Of a stretch of DNA of 64,000 nt, positions 1 to 9,327 are shown in pieces. The stretch comes from an uncultured Faecalibacterium sp. (lineage in GTDB: Bacteria > Bacillota > Clostridia > Oscillospirales > Acutalibacteraceae), in contig CAYZOU010000005.1 of the NCBI GenBank assembly GCA_964480405.1, positions 39,117-103,116 of the forward strand. Direction: 5' to 3'. The translations under genes were made by a program, and so were the position numbers. Numbering within the stretch: position 1 is the first letter of the stretch; every line of letters starts with the position of its first letter. The notes under the pieces are model-generated. The model made no database searches, was not told where the DNA came from, and saw nothing but the letters and a program-made list of their open reading frames with translations.

Positions 1-2265
1 GAGATCGTATAGGATAGAATACGCCGTCGTTATAGCGGTCGGGAACAGCCAGAAGCCTATCACCGTACCTAAAACCGAGCCGACGATACTCGCCGAAAAA
101 GCATATAACAGGTACTTGACGGTTATCTGCTTATTCTCAAAGCCGAGCGCCTTGAGAGTTCCTATCTGAGTTCTGTCCTCCTCGACCATTCTCGCCATCG
201 TGTTAAGGCTGACCATGGCGGCAACGAGGAAGAATATCCACGGGAATACTTTTGAAAGAGCGCTCATTCTGTTGGAGGTCTGACCGTATTCCTCATAGCC
301 CATAACGCTGTCATTTCTTGGATTTACATACCATTTTGCGCTGTCGAGACTTGAAAGCAACGCTTCGCCCTCATCAAGTGAGTTCTTAGCCGAGTCAAGC
401 TTCTTATATATCTCATTGACCTTTGCGTCGTATTCGGCATCAATTCCATCGGCTTTTTCCTTGGCTAATGAAACCTGCACTTCAAGATTGGTTATATCGT
501 TTTTCTTTTCAAGAAGCTTAGTCAGAGTTTCCTGTTCACCCGACTGAATCCGGCTTTTAGCTTCGTCAAGCTCTTTTTCCGCCTTGTCAAGAGCGACCTT
601 AGCTTCGTTCAGCTGAGCTTTAAGCTCATTGAGCTTTGCAACTAATGCCTTAGCCTCCTCAAGACTTTGCTCTCTTTGCTTCAATACGCTTTGAGCCGCC
701 GTGAGTGTCGCTCTCGAAGCCGCAAGCTTGACTTCCAAACTTTGAAGCTCAGGCTCCATATACGCCGCTATTTCCTCTGCCGTTCCGACGGCGGTGAAGC
801 TTTTGATGTTTGCGATAAGATCCTGTATTTCCTCGCTGTCAAAGCCTGTCGCTTTGAGATTGGCGATTATATCGTCAGCCGAATAGCTCTGATTTTTGTC
901 AAGCTGGCTTATTGCGTCACGTCCGGTCTTTACGGCGCTCTCAAGCGACTGCACTGTTGTCAGTGAAGTGTTGACCGTATTGTTTGCCACCGACCATGCG
1001 GTATAGGCGTTGTTATACTGTGTCTCCGCATCGGCATATTGCTCAAGCAAGGCGTTGACCTCGTCGTATTTTTTGCTCGCTTCCTCCCACTGCTTATACT
1101 GAGTGGTCTGTTCAAGCTTCGCCATGCTTATCTGAGTGTCGGCATCTGTTGCGGCGGCGTTGTATTCCTCTTTGAGCTTTCTGACAAGCTCATCGCCATA
1201 GACGGAGTAATACTTGACCTGTTCGACCTTTTCCTTTGCCGCTTGAACCTCAAGCTCGACCTCGCTTCTCATTTTTTCGTATTCTGTTCTGCCCTGCGTG
1301 ACCTTTGTGTTATATTCGTCATAAAGGCTTTGGACTCTCGGGGCGAGTCTCTCTTGAGCTATCGCCTCGATTTTCTCTCGGCAGGATTCGACATAATTAT
1401 CATATTCTTTTGTGTACGCAATGAAGCGACTGCTGTCCTTGAGCTTTACGCTCACGCTTGTGAAGTATTCGAGATTAAAGCACTCCTGCGGAATATAAAT
1501 GAACGTTCCGAGCTTGCCGCTTCCAACCGAGGTATAACCTCTCTCGTACGAAATATATAACGGACTTCTGATGATTCCGACTATTTTGTATTCGGTCGTG
1601 TTGAGCTTTGTCGCTATATCCGCTCCTTCGGTCTCGATAGTGACTGTCTTGCCTATCTCAAAGCCCGCCGGAGTTGAAAGCTGGCTCTCGTCAACAAGAC
1701 ATTCGTTTGTAGCCGTCGGCCACGTACCCTCTAAAAGAGTAAGTCTGTTGATATATGACGGGTTATCCTCGCCGCTGTTTTGAAAATTATAGGCGTCGGT
1801 GACGTTAAGCGATATTGTCTTGACGGTATACGCCGAGCCGTCGATATCGGAAAGTCTTTCGCCGTCGAGTTTAAGATAGCCGTCGACCGTCTTTACACCG
1901 ACTGCGGTCTGAACGTCATCAAGAGCCGCTATTGCCGCAACGTCGTCTTCGGTCAAGCCGACCGTTGACTGAACATTGATATCCATAAGGTTAGTTTGGC
2001 TATAGTATTCTCTCGCCGTTTGAAGCATATCCGGCGCTGTGGCATTCATACCGGCAAAAAAGCTTATGCCGAGGGCGACTATGGCGATTATCGAAATGAA
2101 TCTGTGCATTGTCTTTTCGATAGTTCTGCCCGTTTCCCTCATAAGCATGGGATTTATGTCACGTTTGAAATTAAAGCCCTCTCTATGCTTTTTCTCGCCC
2201 GACTTTTTCTCGGTATTCCTACCGAGCGGTTTCTTGTCTGTTTCGGGTTTCTTCTTCGTTTTCAT
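1..2265 (-). CDS. ABC transporter permease, FtsX/MacB type, with a long extracytoplasmic coiled-coil insert (C-terminus runs off the window)
   Basis: My own minus-strand translation from ATG 2263-2265 (RBS AGGAGGG upstream) stays open to position 1. It reads MKTKKKPETDKK...RFISIIAIVALGISFFAGMNATAPDM (TM1), then about 350 aa of heptad-like A/E/K/L-rich sequence. An FtsX-like block follows (FPWIFFLVAAMVSLNTMARMVEEDRTQIGTLKALGF). The gene lies directly downstream of the ABC ATPase gene. Confidence 0.8.
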   Translation of the reverse strand, partial: MKTKKKPETDKKPLGRNTEKKSGEKKHREGFNFKRDINPMLMRETGRTIEKTMHRFISIIAIVALGISFFAGMNATAPDMLQTAREYYSQTNLMDINVQSTVGLTEDDVAAIAALDDVQTAVGVKTVDGYLKLDGERLSDIDGSAYTVKTISLNVTDAYNFQNSGEDNPSYINRLTLLEGTWPTATNECLVDESQLSTPAGFEIGKTVTIETEGADIATKLNTTEYKIVGIIRSPLYISYERGYTSVGSGKLGTFIYIPQECFNLEYFTSVSVKLKDSSRFIAYTKEYDNYVESCREKIEAIAQERLAPRVQSLYDEYNTKVTQGRTEYEKMRSEVELEVQAAKEKVEQVKYYSVYGDELVRKLKEEYNAAATDADTQISMAKLEQTTQYKQWEEASKKYDEVNALLEQYADAETQYNNAYTAWSVANNTVNTSLTTVQSLESAVKTGRDAISQLDKNQSYSADDIIANLKATGFDSEEIQDLIANIKSFTAVGTAEEIAAYMEPELQSLEVKLAASRATLTAAQSVLKQREQSLEEAKALVAKLNELKAQLNEAKVALDKAEKELDEAKSRIQSGEQETLTKLLEKKNDITNLEVQVSLAKEKADGIDAEYDAKVNEIYKKLDSAKNSLDEGEALLSSLDSAKWYVNPRNDSVMGYEEYGQTSNRMSALSKVFPWIFFLVAAMVSLNTMARMVEEDRTQIGTLKALGFENKQITVKYLLYAFSASIVGSVLGTVIGFWLFPTAITTAYSILYDL

Positions 2266-2296
2266 TCCTCGCCCTCCTTTCGGTCGGTATAAGTCA

Positions 2297-2998
2297 TCAC
2301 CATTCTATCTTGTCAACCGAAAGAGGTGTGTCATTGACAGCTATCTGTGTCACTCTTCCGCTTCTCATAGTGATTATCTTATCCGCCATGGGAGCTAATG
2401 CCTGGTTATGCGTTATAAGCACAACCGTCATACCCGTCTCGTGGCAGGTATCCTGTAAAAGCTTCAATATTTGCTTTCCCGTGTTATAGTCAAGAGCGCC
2501 TGTTGGCTCATCGCAAAGAAGCAATTTCGGATTCTTCGCTAAGGCTCTTGCAATAGAGACTCTCTGCTGTTCGCCGCCCGAAAGCTGCGACGGGAAGTTA
2601 TCGCATCTGTCCGCAAGTCCGACCTTTCTGAGCATTCTCGCAGGGTCAACACTTCTCGGTGTCAGCTGAGTTGCAAGCTCGACATTTTCAAGCGCCGTAA
2701 GATTTTGAACAAGGTTATAAAACTGAAAAACAAAGCCGACGTCGCAACGCCTGTATTCGACAAGTCGCTTCTCATCGAACGAGGTTATAAGCTCACCGTC
2801 AACTCTGATTCTGCCGTCGTTGCACTCGTCCATACCTCCGAGCATATTAAGCACTGTCGTTTTGCCTGCGCCCGACGTACCGACGATAAGACAAAATTCG
2901 CCTTGATCAATATCAAAACTGACTCCGTCGGCGGCATTTATTGATATTTCGCCCATTTTGTACTTTTTATAAACGTCTCTAAATTCTATAAAAGCCAT
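2297..2998 (-). CDS. ABC transporter ATP-binding protein (MacB/LolD-like)
   Basis: Walker [10 protein letters not shown], signature [15 protein letters not shown] and Walker [13 protein letters not shown] are present. The permease gene follows. Confidence 0.92.
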   Translation of the reverse strand: MAFIEFRDVYKKYKMGEISINAADGVSFDIDQGEFCLIVGTSGAGKTTVLNMLGGMDECNDGRIRVDGELITSFDEKRLVEYRRCDVGFVFQFYNLVQNLTALENVELATQLTPRSVDPARMLRKVGLADRCDNFPSQLSGGEQQRVSIARALAKNPKLLLCDEPTGALDYNTGKQILKLLQDTCHETGMTVVLITHNQALAPMADKIITMRSGRVTQIAVNDTPLSVDKIEW

Positions 2999-3038
2999 AA
3001 TATTACCGTTCCTTATATATGTAATTTATGTTGTCCTT

Positions 3039-3063
3039 GCTATACTATTATATATAGTATAGC
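3039..3063. repeat. Perfect 9-bp inverted repeat (GCTATACTA-N7-TAGTATAGC) between tdk and the ABC operon
   Basis: Read directly from the sequence. The AT-rich palindrome overlaps -10-like hexamers. It could be an operator or a hairpin. Confidence 0.5.
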
Positions 3064-3110
3064 TGTAATAATGAATCAGCCGAAATACACGTTATATCCG
3101 TATCCACGCA

Positions 3111-3677
3111 CTACGCCTGCTTATCCGGTCCGAGGTTGCCCTCTCTCCAATGCTTCCTGCAAAGCGAGGTATACTTTTCATTAGCGCCAAGCACTACCTG
3201 TTCGCCCTGCTTGATTATGCCGTTTTCATCGAATCTTGCGTTCCATATAGCCTTTTTTCCGCACCAGCAGATCGTTTTAACTTCTTCGATGGTATCCGCC
3301 CACGCCAAAAGCCATTGACTGCCCGGAAACAAATCACCCTTGAAGTCAGCCCGAAGTCCGTAGCAGACTACGGGTACATTAAGATCGTCGACGATATGGA
3401 CAAGAGTTTCAACTTCCTCTTTCGTTAAAAACTGCGCCTCATCGACGATAAGGCAGTCGGACTTTTTCACCTGCTCCAAATCAAGCTCATGAAAAAGCAC
3501 ACATTCACTCTCAAGTCCGCAACGTGAATATATTCTGTGAGTTCCGTTTCTCGTGTCAACGGCGGGCTTTGCGATTATGACGTGCTGTCCTCTTTCTTCG
3601 TAGTTATACTTGACCATGAGCGCATTGGCGGTTTTGCTCGACCCCATTGCGCCGTATCTGAAATATAGCTTTGCCAT
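3111..3677 (-). CDS. tdk: Thymidine kinase
   Basis: P-loop GAMGSSKT is present, with a C-terminal zinc-ribbon pattern (CWCGKK...SLCRKHW). Length is typical and the RBS is GGGGGGAG. Confidence 0.93.
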   Translation of the reverse strand: MAKLYFRYGAMGSSKTANALMVKYNYEERGQHVIIAKPAVDTRNGTHRIYSRCGLESECVLFHELDLEQVKKSDCLIVDEAQFLTKEEVETLVHIVDDLNVPVVCYGLRADFKGDLFPGSQWLLAWADTIEEVKTICWCGKKAIWNARFDENGIIKQGEQVVLGANEKYTSLCRKHWREGNLGPDKQA

Positions 3678-3691
3678 GGCTCCCCCCTAAA

Positions 3692-4234
3692 TTAGTCGTC
3701 CTGATTAAAGGTCTCTTTATAAAGCACCTCTTTGGTGTCTGTGTCTCTGATAATGACCGTGCAATGCTGATCCTTGCGGTCATTTTGGGTATAGCTTTGA
3801 TAGACAAGACAGCTTTGACCGACAAGACTCACCATCAGCGGACTTGTCGAATCCTTTTCATAGTCCTCTCTGACTACGTCTATTTTCATTTCGCTGAAGT
3901 CTTTATTTCTCTCGATATCTTTTATGTACGGATAGTCTGTATCTGAATTCATAAGTCCGTATACGTTTTCAATAACAGCCACGCCGATCTTATACATCAA
4001 GATATCATAGTCGTTATCTTCTATTTCGACTGATATCAGTCCGTTCTTCTTGTCGTATTCGGCGCTTTTAAATCCGTTCTTTTCAGCGTAGCCGTCGAGA
4101 TCCTCAAGCTCCGCTTCGGACAGACTTGAAGCCGAGATATCAATTCTCACCTTTCCGTCTTTCTTGCCGCAACCGAGCATAAGACAACTGAGCATAACCG
4201 TAAGAGCCATAATTACCGCCAATGATTTTTTCAT
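3692..4234 (-). CDS. Lipoprotein, function unknown
   Basis: Signal peptide plus lipobox (MKKSLAVIMALTVMLSCLMLGC). I prefer the start at 4234, with GGAGGG 6 nt upstream. The longer ORF-track N-terminus is encoded by the adjacent tandem repeat. Confidence 0.7.
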   Translation of the reverse strand: MKKSLAVIMALTVMLSCLMLGCGKKDGKVRIDISASSLSEAELEDLDGYAEKNGFKSAEYDKKNGLISVEIEDNDYDILMYKIGVAVIENVYGLMNSDTDYPYIKDIERNKDFSEMKIDVVREDYEKDSTSPLMVSLVGQSCLVYQSYTQNDRKDQHCTVIIRDTDTKEVLYKETFNQDD

Positions 4235-4250
4235 ATTCATCCCTCCGAAA

Positions 4251-4815
4251 TGTTCTCCGAAACACACCAAATCTATGATTTAGGCTGAGTTTCGTGAGGT
4301 TATTATTACACAAATTCCGGCGTATGCCATAAAATAGCGGCGTTAAGCCGCTTTACCTTAGCGAATTTGTGTAACAATGTTCTCCGAAACACACCAAATC
4401 TATGATTTGGGCTGAGTTTCGTGAGGTTATTATTACACAAATTCCGGCGTATGCCATAAAATAGCGGCGTTAAGCCGCTTTACCTTAGCGAATTTGTGTA
4501 ACAATGTTCTCCGAAACACACCAAATCTATGATTTGGGCTGAGTTTCGTGAGGTTATTATTACACAAATTCCGGCGTATGCCATAAAATAGCGGCGTTAA
4601 GCCGCTTTACCTCAGCGAATTTGTGTAACAATGTTCTCCGAAAGTCCCCAAATCTTCGATTTGGTTGGACTTTCGTGAGGTTATTATTACGCAAATTCCG
4701 GCGTATGCCATAAAATAGCGGCGTTAAGCCGCTTTACCTCAGCGAATTTGTGTAACAATGTTCTCCGAAAGTCCCCAAATCTTCGATTTGGTTGGACTTT
4801 CGTGAGGTTATTATA
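4251..4815 (-). repeat. Tandem array, about 4.4 copies of a 127-bp structured unit (same family as 61591-61971, opposite strand)
   Basis: Unit starts (tgttctccgaaa) fall at 4251, 4378, 4505, 4632 and 4759, an exact 127-bp period. Each unit holds a long bulged hairpin plus a 12-bp outer stem (ttacacaaattc/gaatttgtgtaa) enclosing agcggc-gttaa-gccgct. Confidence 0.95.
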
Positions 4816-5033
4816 CCACACATATCAAGAAAAAGCCATAACTTCAGATAATACTTTTATGATAGTTTATCAGACAAATTCGTTTATGCTGTTAAGCAAC
4901 TGTTAAAGTTTAGCGATATATGAAGCCGTGCCCCAAAAGGAATACGGCGGTCGGTGGGTGTTCTGTATTATATGTGTCCGTATAGTTACTCACAGTGCTT
5001 TGTTTTGGCTTTGACTTGATTGTTGCAGCGAGC

Positions 5034-5063
5034 AAAAACTCCAAGCCTTTCGGCTTGGAGTTT
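5034..5063 (-). terminator. Intrinsic terminator after tRNA-Leu
   Basis: Hairpin ctccaagcc-tttc-ggcttggag is flanked by A/T tracts. Confidence 0.8.
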
Positions 5064-5148
5064 TGGTGCATCTGACAGGAATCGAACCTGCACGTCTTTC
5101 GACAATGGATCCTAAATCCATCGTGTCTACCAATTCCACCACAGATGC
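5064..5148 (-). tRNA. tRNA-Leu (anticodon TAG), encoded CCA
   Basis: The reverse complement folds by hand into a cloverleaf. Acceptor stem is GCATCTG/CAGATGC and the anticodon stem ATGGA/TCCAT carries loop TTTAGGA. There is a long variable arm TGTCGAAAGACGT, T-loop TTCGATT and a 3' ACCA. Confidence 0.93.
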
Positions 5149-5220
5149 GTATTGCTACGATATTATACTAAACTGCGGTCATATTGTCAACAAATATTTC
5201 ACTTTCGGTATGAATTTGAA

Positions 5221-5313
5221 CCCCGCCTGCGAGCGTGTACCCTGCGAAGCAGGGTGCCGATCGTGATCGGCAACTATAGCATACAGCCTCGGCTCGATGC
5301 CGAGGCTGTATGC
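5221..5313. repeat. GC-rich hairpin cluster (fragment of repeat family A plus a 15-bp-stem hairpin)
   Basis: Contains ccccgcctgcg..., ccctgcgaagcaggg, gccgatcgtgatcggc and gcatacagcctcggc-tcgat-gccgaggctgtatgc (5279-5313). Confidence 0.7.
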
Positions 5314-5330
5314 CGAAAGCTTTCAAACAG

Positions 5331-5364
5331 CGCAAAACGGCTGTTGCAATAACGCAACAGCCGT
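5331..5364 (-). terminator. Probable ftsZ terminator
   Basis: 11-bp stem acggctgttgc/gcaacagccgt, followed on the minus strand by TTTTG. Confidence 0.6.
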
Positions 5365-5406
5365 GAAACCCGTATTCATGTCAGCGGACTTTGCCGCATA
5401 CCTTTA

Positions 5407-6687
5407 TTATTTTCCGAAGATGTTATTCTTGCCCTTGAATATGGGAAGTATCTCTCCGTCGTCTCCGTCGTTGTCATCGAAAACCGATGCGCCCTTTGAC
5501 GGTGTGTGAACAGACTCGGTTGCAGACGGAACAGCAGTTTCCTGCTTTGCTTCGCCCGACTGTGACTGTAAGTTCTTGTCAAAGGCTTCTCTGAACGCAC
5601 GGAGAATGTCACTGTTGACTGCGCCCGTGGGAGTGGTCGGAGTGAACGGTGAAGGTGTTGTCGGTGTTGTTCCGATGAAGTTCTGTGAGGGATTGGGAAT
5701 CTGATTAGACGGCGTGCTCTGCAAAAGGTTCTCGTTTCTGAAGCCTGTTGCAATAACGGTTATGAGCATCTCGTCGCCCATATCCTCGTCGAATACCGAA
5801 CCGAAGATGATGTTTGCATCGGGATGAGTGTTCTGTGAAATGAGGTCGCCTGCCTCCTCGATTTTATCAAGAGGCATGTCCGAAGAACAGGTGACGTTGA
5901 TAATAACGCCGCTTGCGCCCTCGATCGTTGTTTCAAGAAGCGGACTTGTGATAGCTTTCTCTGTTGCTTCTGCCGCACAGTCATTACCCTTGCCACGACC
6001 GATACCCATATGAGCTCTGCCTGCGTCTTTCATAACGCTCTTGATATCCGCAAAGTCAAGGTTGATATAACCGGGAACTTTGATAGTGTCGGAAATACTC
6101 TTAACGCCCTGCCAAAGAACCTCGTTCGCCTTGCCGAAAGCATCACGAATACCGAGACTCTTGTCACCTAAAAGGCGAAGTCTCTCGTTCGGAATGACAA
6201 TAAGACTGTCAACATTCTTTTCAAGCTCTTTTATACCTTCCTCAGCCTGCACCATACGCTTTCTGCCCTCAAATCTGAACGGCTTTGTTACGATACCGAC
6301 TGTGAGTATGCCCATTTCTTTTGCTATTTCGGCAACTATCGGAGCTGCGCCCGTGCCTGTGCCGCCGCCCATACCTGCGGTGATGAATACCATATCCGTG
6401 TTTTTGAGCACTTCGGAAATAGCTTCTCTGCTTTCCTCGGCAGCCTTGCGACCGACTGTCGGATCGCCGCCTGCACCCATGCAGCCCGTTGTTTTCTCAC
6501 CTATCTGAATTTTATGTGTTGCCTTGGAATTTTCAAGAATCTGACGGTCGGTATTGATCGAAATAAACTCGACGCCGACTATACCGGCGTTAACCATGCT
6601 GTTAACGGCATTTCCGCCGCCACCGCCGACACCGATTACCTTTATCTGGTTATATGCGATATATTCATTATCAATAGCGAAACCCAT
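5407..6687 (-). CDS. ftsZ: Cell division protein FtsZ
   Basis: [11 protein letters not shown] and the tubulin signature [13 protein letters not shown] are present. The C-terminal linker is disordered and P/T-rich. Confidence 0.97.
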   Translation of the reverse strand: MGFAIDNEYIAYNQIKVIGVGGGGGNAVNSMVNAGIVGVEFISINTDRQILENSKATHKIQIGEKTTGCMGAGGDPTVGRKAAEESREAISEVLKNTDMVFITAGMGGGTGTGAAPIVAEIAKEMGILTVGIVTKPFRFEGRKRMVQAEEGIKELEKNVDSLIVIPNERLRLLGDKSLGIRDAFGKANEVLWQGVKSISDTIKVPGYINLDFADIKSVMKDAGRAHMGIGRGKGNDCAAEATEKAITSPLLETTIEGASGVIINVTCSSDMPLDKIEEAGDLISQNTHPDANIIFGSVFDEDMGDEMLITVIATGFRNENLLQSTPSNQIPNPSQNFIGTTPTTPSPFTPTTPTGAVNSDILRAFREAFDKNLQSQSGEAKQETAVPSATESVHTPSKGASVFDDNDGDDGEILPIFKGKNNIFGK

Positions 6688-6871
6688 TAAACTTCCTCCT
6701 AAACATATGTAATTACAAAGCGCATAACTGATAAAACGACTGTTTTTTTGCGCACAACTTCATGATATATTGATGATTATAACATACATAAACTGAAATA
6801 TCAATAATATAAATTAAAAACTTTATTTGAATTTCATATACATTTTTGAGTATTTTGACGATTAAAACATA

Positions 6872-7999
6872 TCATTGTGTCGCTTTCTTAGTGTCGTTCT
6901 TTGAAGATGTTTTGTTATTTTTCTTGGAAGTGCTTTTTGTGGTACTTATAGTGCCTTCTTTGAAAAATGCTTTGGTGACACTTTTGAGATTTATCGTGCC
7001 CTCGGATTTGTTGTTTTCTTCTTCGAGCTTTGCGATTATCTCTTTAGCCATTTTGAGCTTTGACTCCATGTCGCTTTCAGAGCCGAAATCAAGCTTGATT
7101 TTTCCGTTATAGACCGCCGAAAGCAGGTTGATATCCGTGACATTTATTTCGGTCAGCTTCAGTCCGTTTTCGCTCGCTCTTGCGATTATGTCCTTTGCCG
7201 CCGCCAAGCTTTCGGGGGATTTCACCGTCAGTGTCGTTCCGGGCTTTGTGTTGAGCAGGTCTATGCCCTTGAGCAATATCGTGTCTCCCTTTTTCTCGCT
7301 TTTTTCCTCTAAGACCTTATCGTTGCCGTCAAGCAGGATATACTTTTTGCTTTTTTCTATTGAGTACACGGGAAGTGCTTCCGTTATTTCAAGCTCGACC
7401 CCCGAAGGAATATTTCTGACGACGTGAACACTTCCGACGTACGGCAAGGAAGCGGAAAGCGTTTGTGTAACATTTCCGGATGTGGTACGCCACAGGTTGT
7501 CGCCGAGATTCACACCCGATGCCTCGATTATTTGTTCTTGAGAATATCTTGTATCACCCGAAACGGTGATAGTCTCGATCTTGAAAAGCACGGTGAGCGA
7601 AAGCGCCGTGAGTATCGCAGCGGCGATAACGACAGTGAAGAAAAGCGTCTTTATGACATTTCTCTTGCGCTTCTTTCTTGCTTTTTCGGCGTATGCCTTG
7701 CGGCGCTCGTCATTTGAGCGAGTGTCGGCTTTCTTCTTATTCTTGGCGCTCTGCCTTCTTGCGCTTGTCTGTCCCCTTTTCTGTGAGGACGGCGCCGCTG
7801 TTTTTTTCGGTGGCGCTATGGGACGCTCTCTGTCGGCAGAAGTAAAGCTCCCCTGCTTTTTCGGTGCGTCATAAATATATTTTTCGCCCGTTATCCACTT
7901 GCGTCTTTCCTCGGCAAGCTGTTCGGCACGTCTTTTTTCATCGTTTATACTTTGATATCCGTTCCTTTGGTTTCCGTTATTTCTTTCCCAATCCTTCAT
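6872..7999 (-). CDS. ftsQ: Cell division protein FtsQ/DivIB-like with a long basic N-terminal extension
   Basis: Single TM (LFFTVVIAAAILTALSLTVLF) followed by a POTRA-like region (IETITVSGDTRYSQEQIIEASGV). It sits between murA and ftsZ. Confidence 0.8.
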   Translation of the reverse strand: MKDWERNNGNQRNGYQSINDEKRRAEQLAEERRKWITGEKYIYDAPKKQGSFTSADRERPIAPPKKTAAPSSQKRGQTSARRQSAKNKKKADTRSNDERRKAYAEKARKKRKRNVIKTLFFTVVIAAAILTALSLTVLFKIETITVSGDTRYSQEQIIEASGVNLGDNLWRTTSGNVTQTLSASLPYVGSVHVVRNIPSGVELEITEALPVYSIEKSKKYILLDGNDKVLEEKSEKKGDTILLKGIDLLNTKPGTTLTVKSPESLAAAKDIIARASENGLKLTEINVTDINLLSAVYNGKIKLDFGSESDMESKLKMAKEIIAKLEEENNKSEGTINLKSVTKAFFKEGTISTTKSTSKKNNKTSSKNDTKKATQ

Positions 8000-8002
8000 A
8001 TT

Positions 8003-9256
8003 TCAGCCTCGCTTGATATCAGCGCCTATGCTTTTGAGCGCCTTTTCTATTTTTTCATATCCTCTGTCGATATGATGGATCTCCGTTATCTCTGTCTGTC
8101 CCTCGGCTCTGAGCGCCGCAACTATCAATGCACCGCCGCCTCGAAGATCGGTCGCCTGTACCTTTGCGCCGTATAGCTTCTTCACTCCGTCAATGACAGC
8201 GACCTTATCCTCAATTCTGATCTTCGCTCCGAGCCTTAAAAGCTGGGGTACGTGTTTAAATCTCGATTCGAATATGTTCTCGACTATTACACTCGTTCCG
8301 CTTGCCTTTGTCGCCATTGCCATTACGGGCGCTTGCGCATCTGTCGGAAAGCCCGGATACGGCATGGTTCTGACGTTTCTTATCGGATTCAGTCCGTCCT
8401 TGACCCGTATTCTCAAAGAGTCCTTTCCGACATCAAGGCGACAGCCCGCCTGTTCAAAAACAGATATTACACTCTTGAGATGAAGCGGAATAATGTTTTC
8501 TATAAGCACGTCTCCTCCTGCCGAAGCGACACATGACATATATGTTGCGGCGGTTATTCTGTCGGGTATAACGCTGAATTCACAGCCGTGAAGTCTCTCG
8601 ACACCGCATATGCTCACAGTGCCGTCTAAGCCTGTTTTTATATCGGCTCCGCACTTATTGAGAAATTCGACAAGCACCGCTATTTCGGGCTCTCTCGCCG
8701 CATTGTAAATGTTAGTCACGCCGTCGGATACGGCGCAGGCGAGGATTATATTTTCCGTCGCACCGACCGAGGGGAACGGCAGATTTATATTCGCTCCCGA
8801 AAGCTTTCCGCTTCGCTTACAGCTGAGCTTTCCGTAGCTTTCGTCTATCTCCGCTCCAAGCTCTCTCAAGGCTGACAAATGCAGATCTATAGGTCTAAGT
8901 CCGATCTCGCACCCACCGGGCGTATACATATCGGCATGACCCAATCTCGAAAGCACCGAGCCTAAAAAGACGATCGACGACCGCATCTCACGCATCAAAT
9001 TTTCGGGTATGTCGCAACGGGTCAGATGAGAGGGATCTATGAGCACCGTGTCGCCGTTTCTCTCGACATCGCAGCCCAAATATCTGAGTATTTTCACAGC
9101 CGCCGTGACATCGGTCAGCTGTGGGCAGTTATGTATCACGCACTCATCGCCCGTCAAAACCGTTGCCGCAAGAAGCGGCAGACAGCTGTTCTTTGAGCCG
9201 TGCACCTTTATTTTTCCCTCAAGTCTGTGTTCGCCTCTGACAATTATGCTTTCCAC
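8003..9256 (-). CDS. murA: UDP-N-acetylglucosamine 1-carboxyvinyltransferase
   Basis: 417 aa. Motifs GSKNSCLPLLAA and catalytic-loop GGCEIGLRPIDLH are present, in dcw context. Confidence 0.93.
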   Translation of the reverse strand: MESIIVRGEHRLEGKIKVHGSKNSCLPLLAATVLTGDECVIHNCPQLTDVTAAVKILRYLGCDVERNGDTVLIDPSHLTRCDIPENLMREMRSSIVFLGSVLSRLGHADMYTPGGCEIGLRPIDLHLSALRELGAEIDESYGKLSCKRSGKLSGANINLPFPSVGATENIILACAVSDGVTNIYNAAREPEIAVLVEFLNKCGADIKTGLDGTVSICGVERLHGCEFSVIPDRITAATYMSCVASAGGDVLIENIIPLHLKSVISVFEQAGCRLDVGKDSLRIRVKDGLNPIRNVRTMPYPGFPTDAQAPVMAMATKASGTSVIVENIFESRFKHVPQLLRLGAKIRIEDKVAVIDGVKKLYGAKVQATDLRGGGALIVAALRAEGQTEITEIHHIDRGYEKIEKALKSIGADIKRG

Positions 9257-9327
9257 TCAAAACACGACCTTTCAACCTTAGATGTTGTATTCTATGCCGA
9301 AAAATCGCTTTAAGTGATTGTTTGCGT

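Noticed and set aside
4251-4815. Possible CRISPR array
   Set aside because: The entire 127-bp unit repeats head to tail with no unique spacers between repeats. No cas genes are in the window.
5376-6508. ORFs antisense to or overlapping ftsZ (125 aa, 78 aa, 142 aa), and similar shadow ORFs inside pnp, the clpC-like gene, the PBP gene, murE and others
   Set aside because: They are embedded in strongly supported conserved genes on the opposite strand or in another frame. They have no independent signals.
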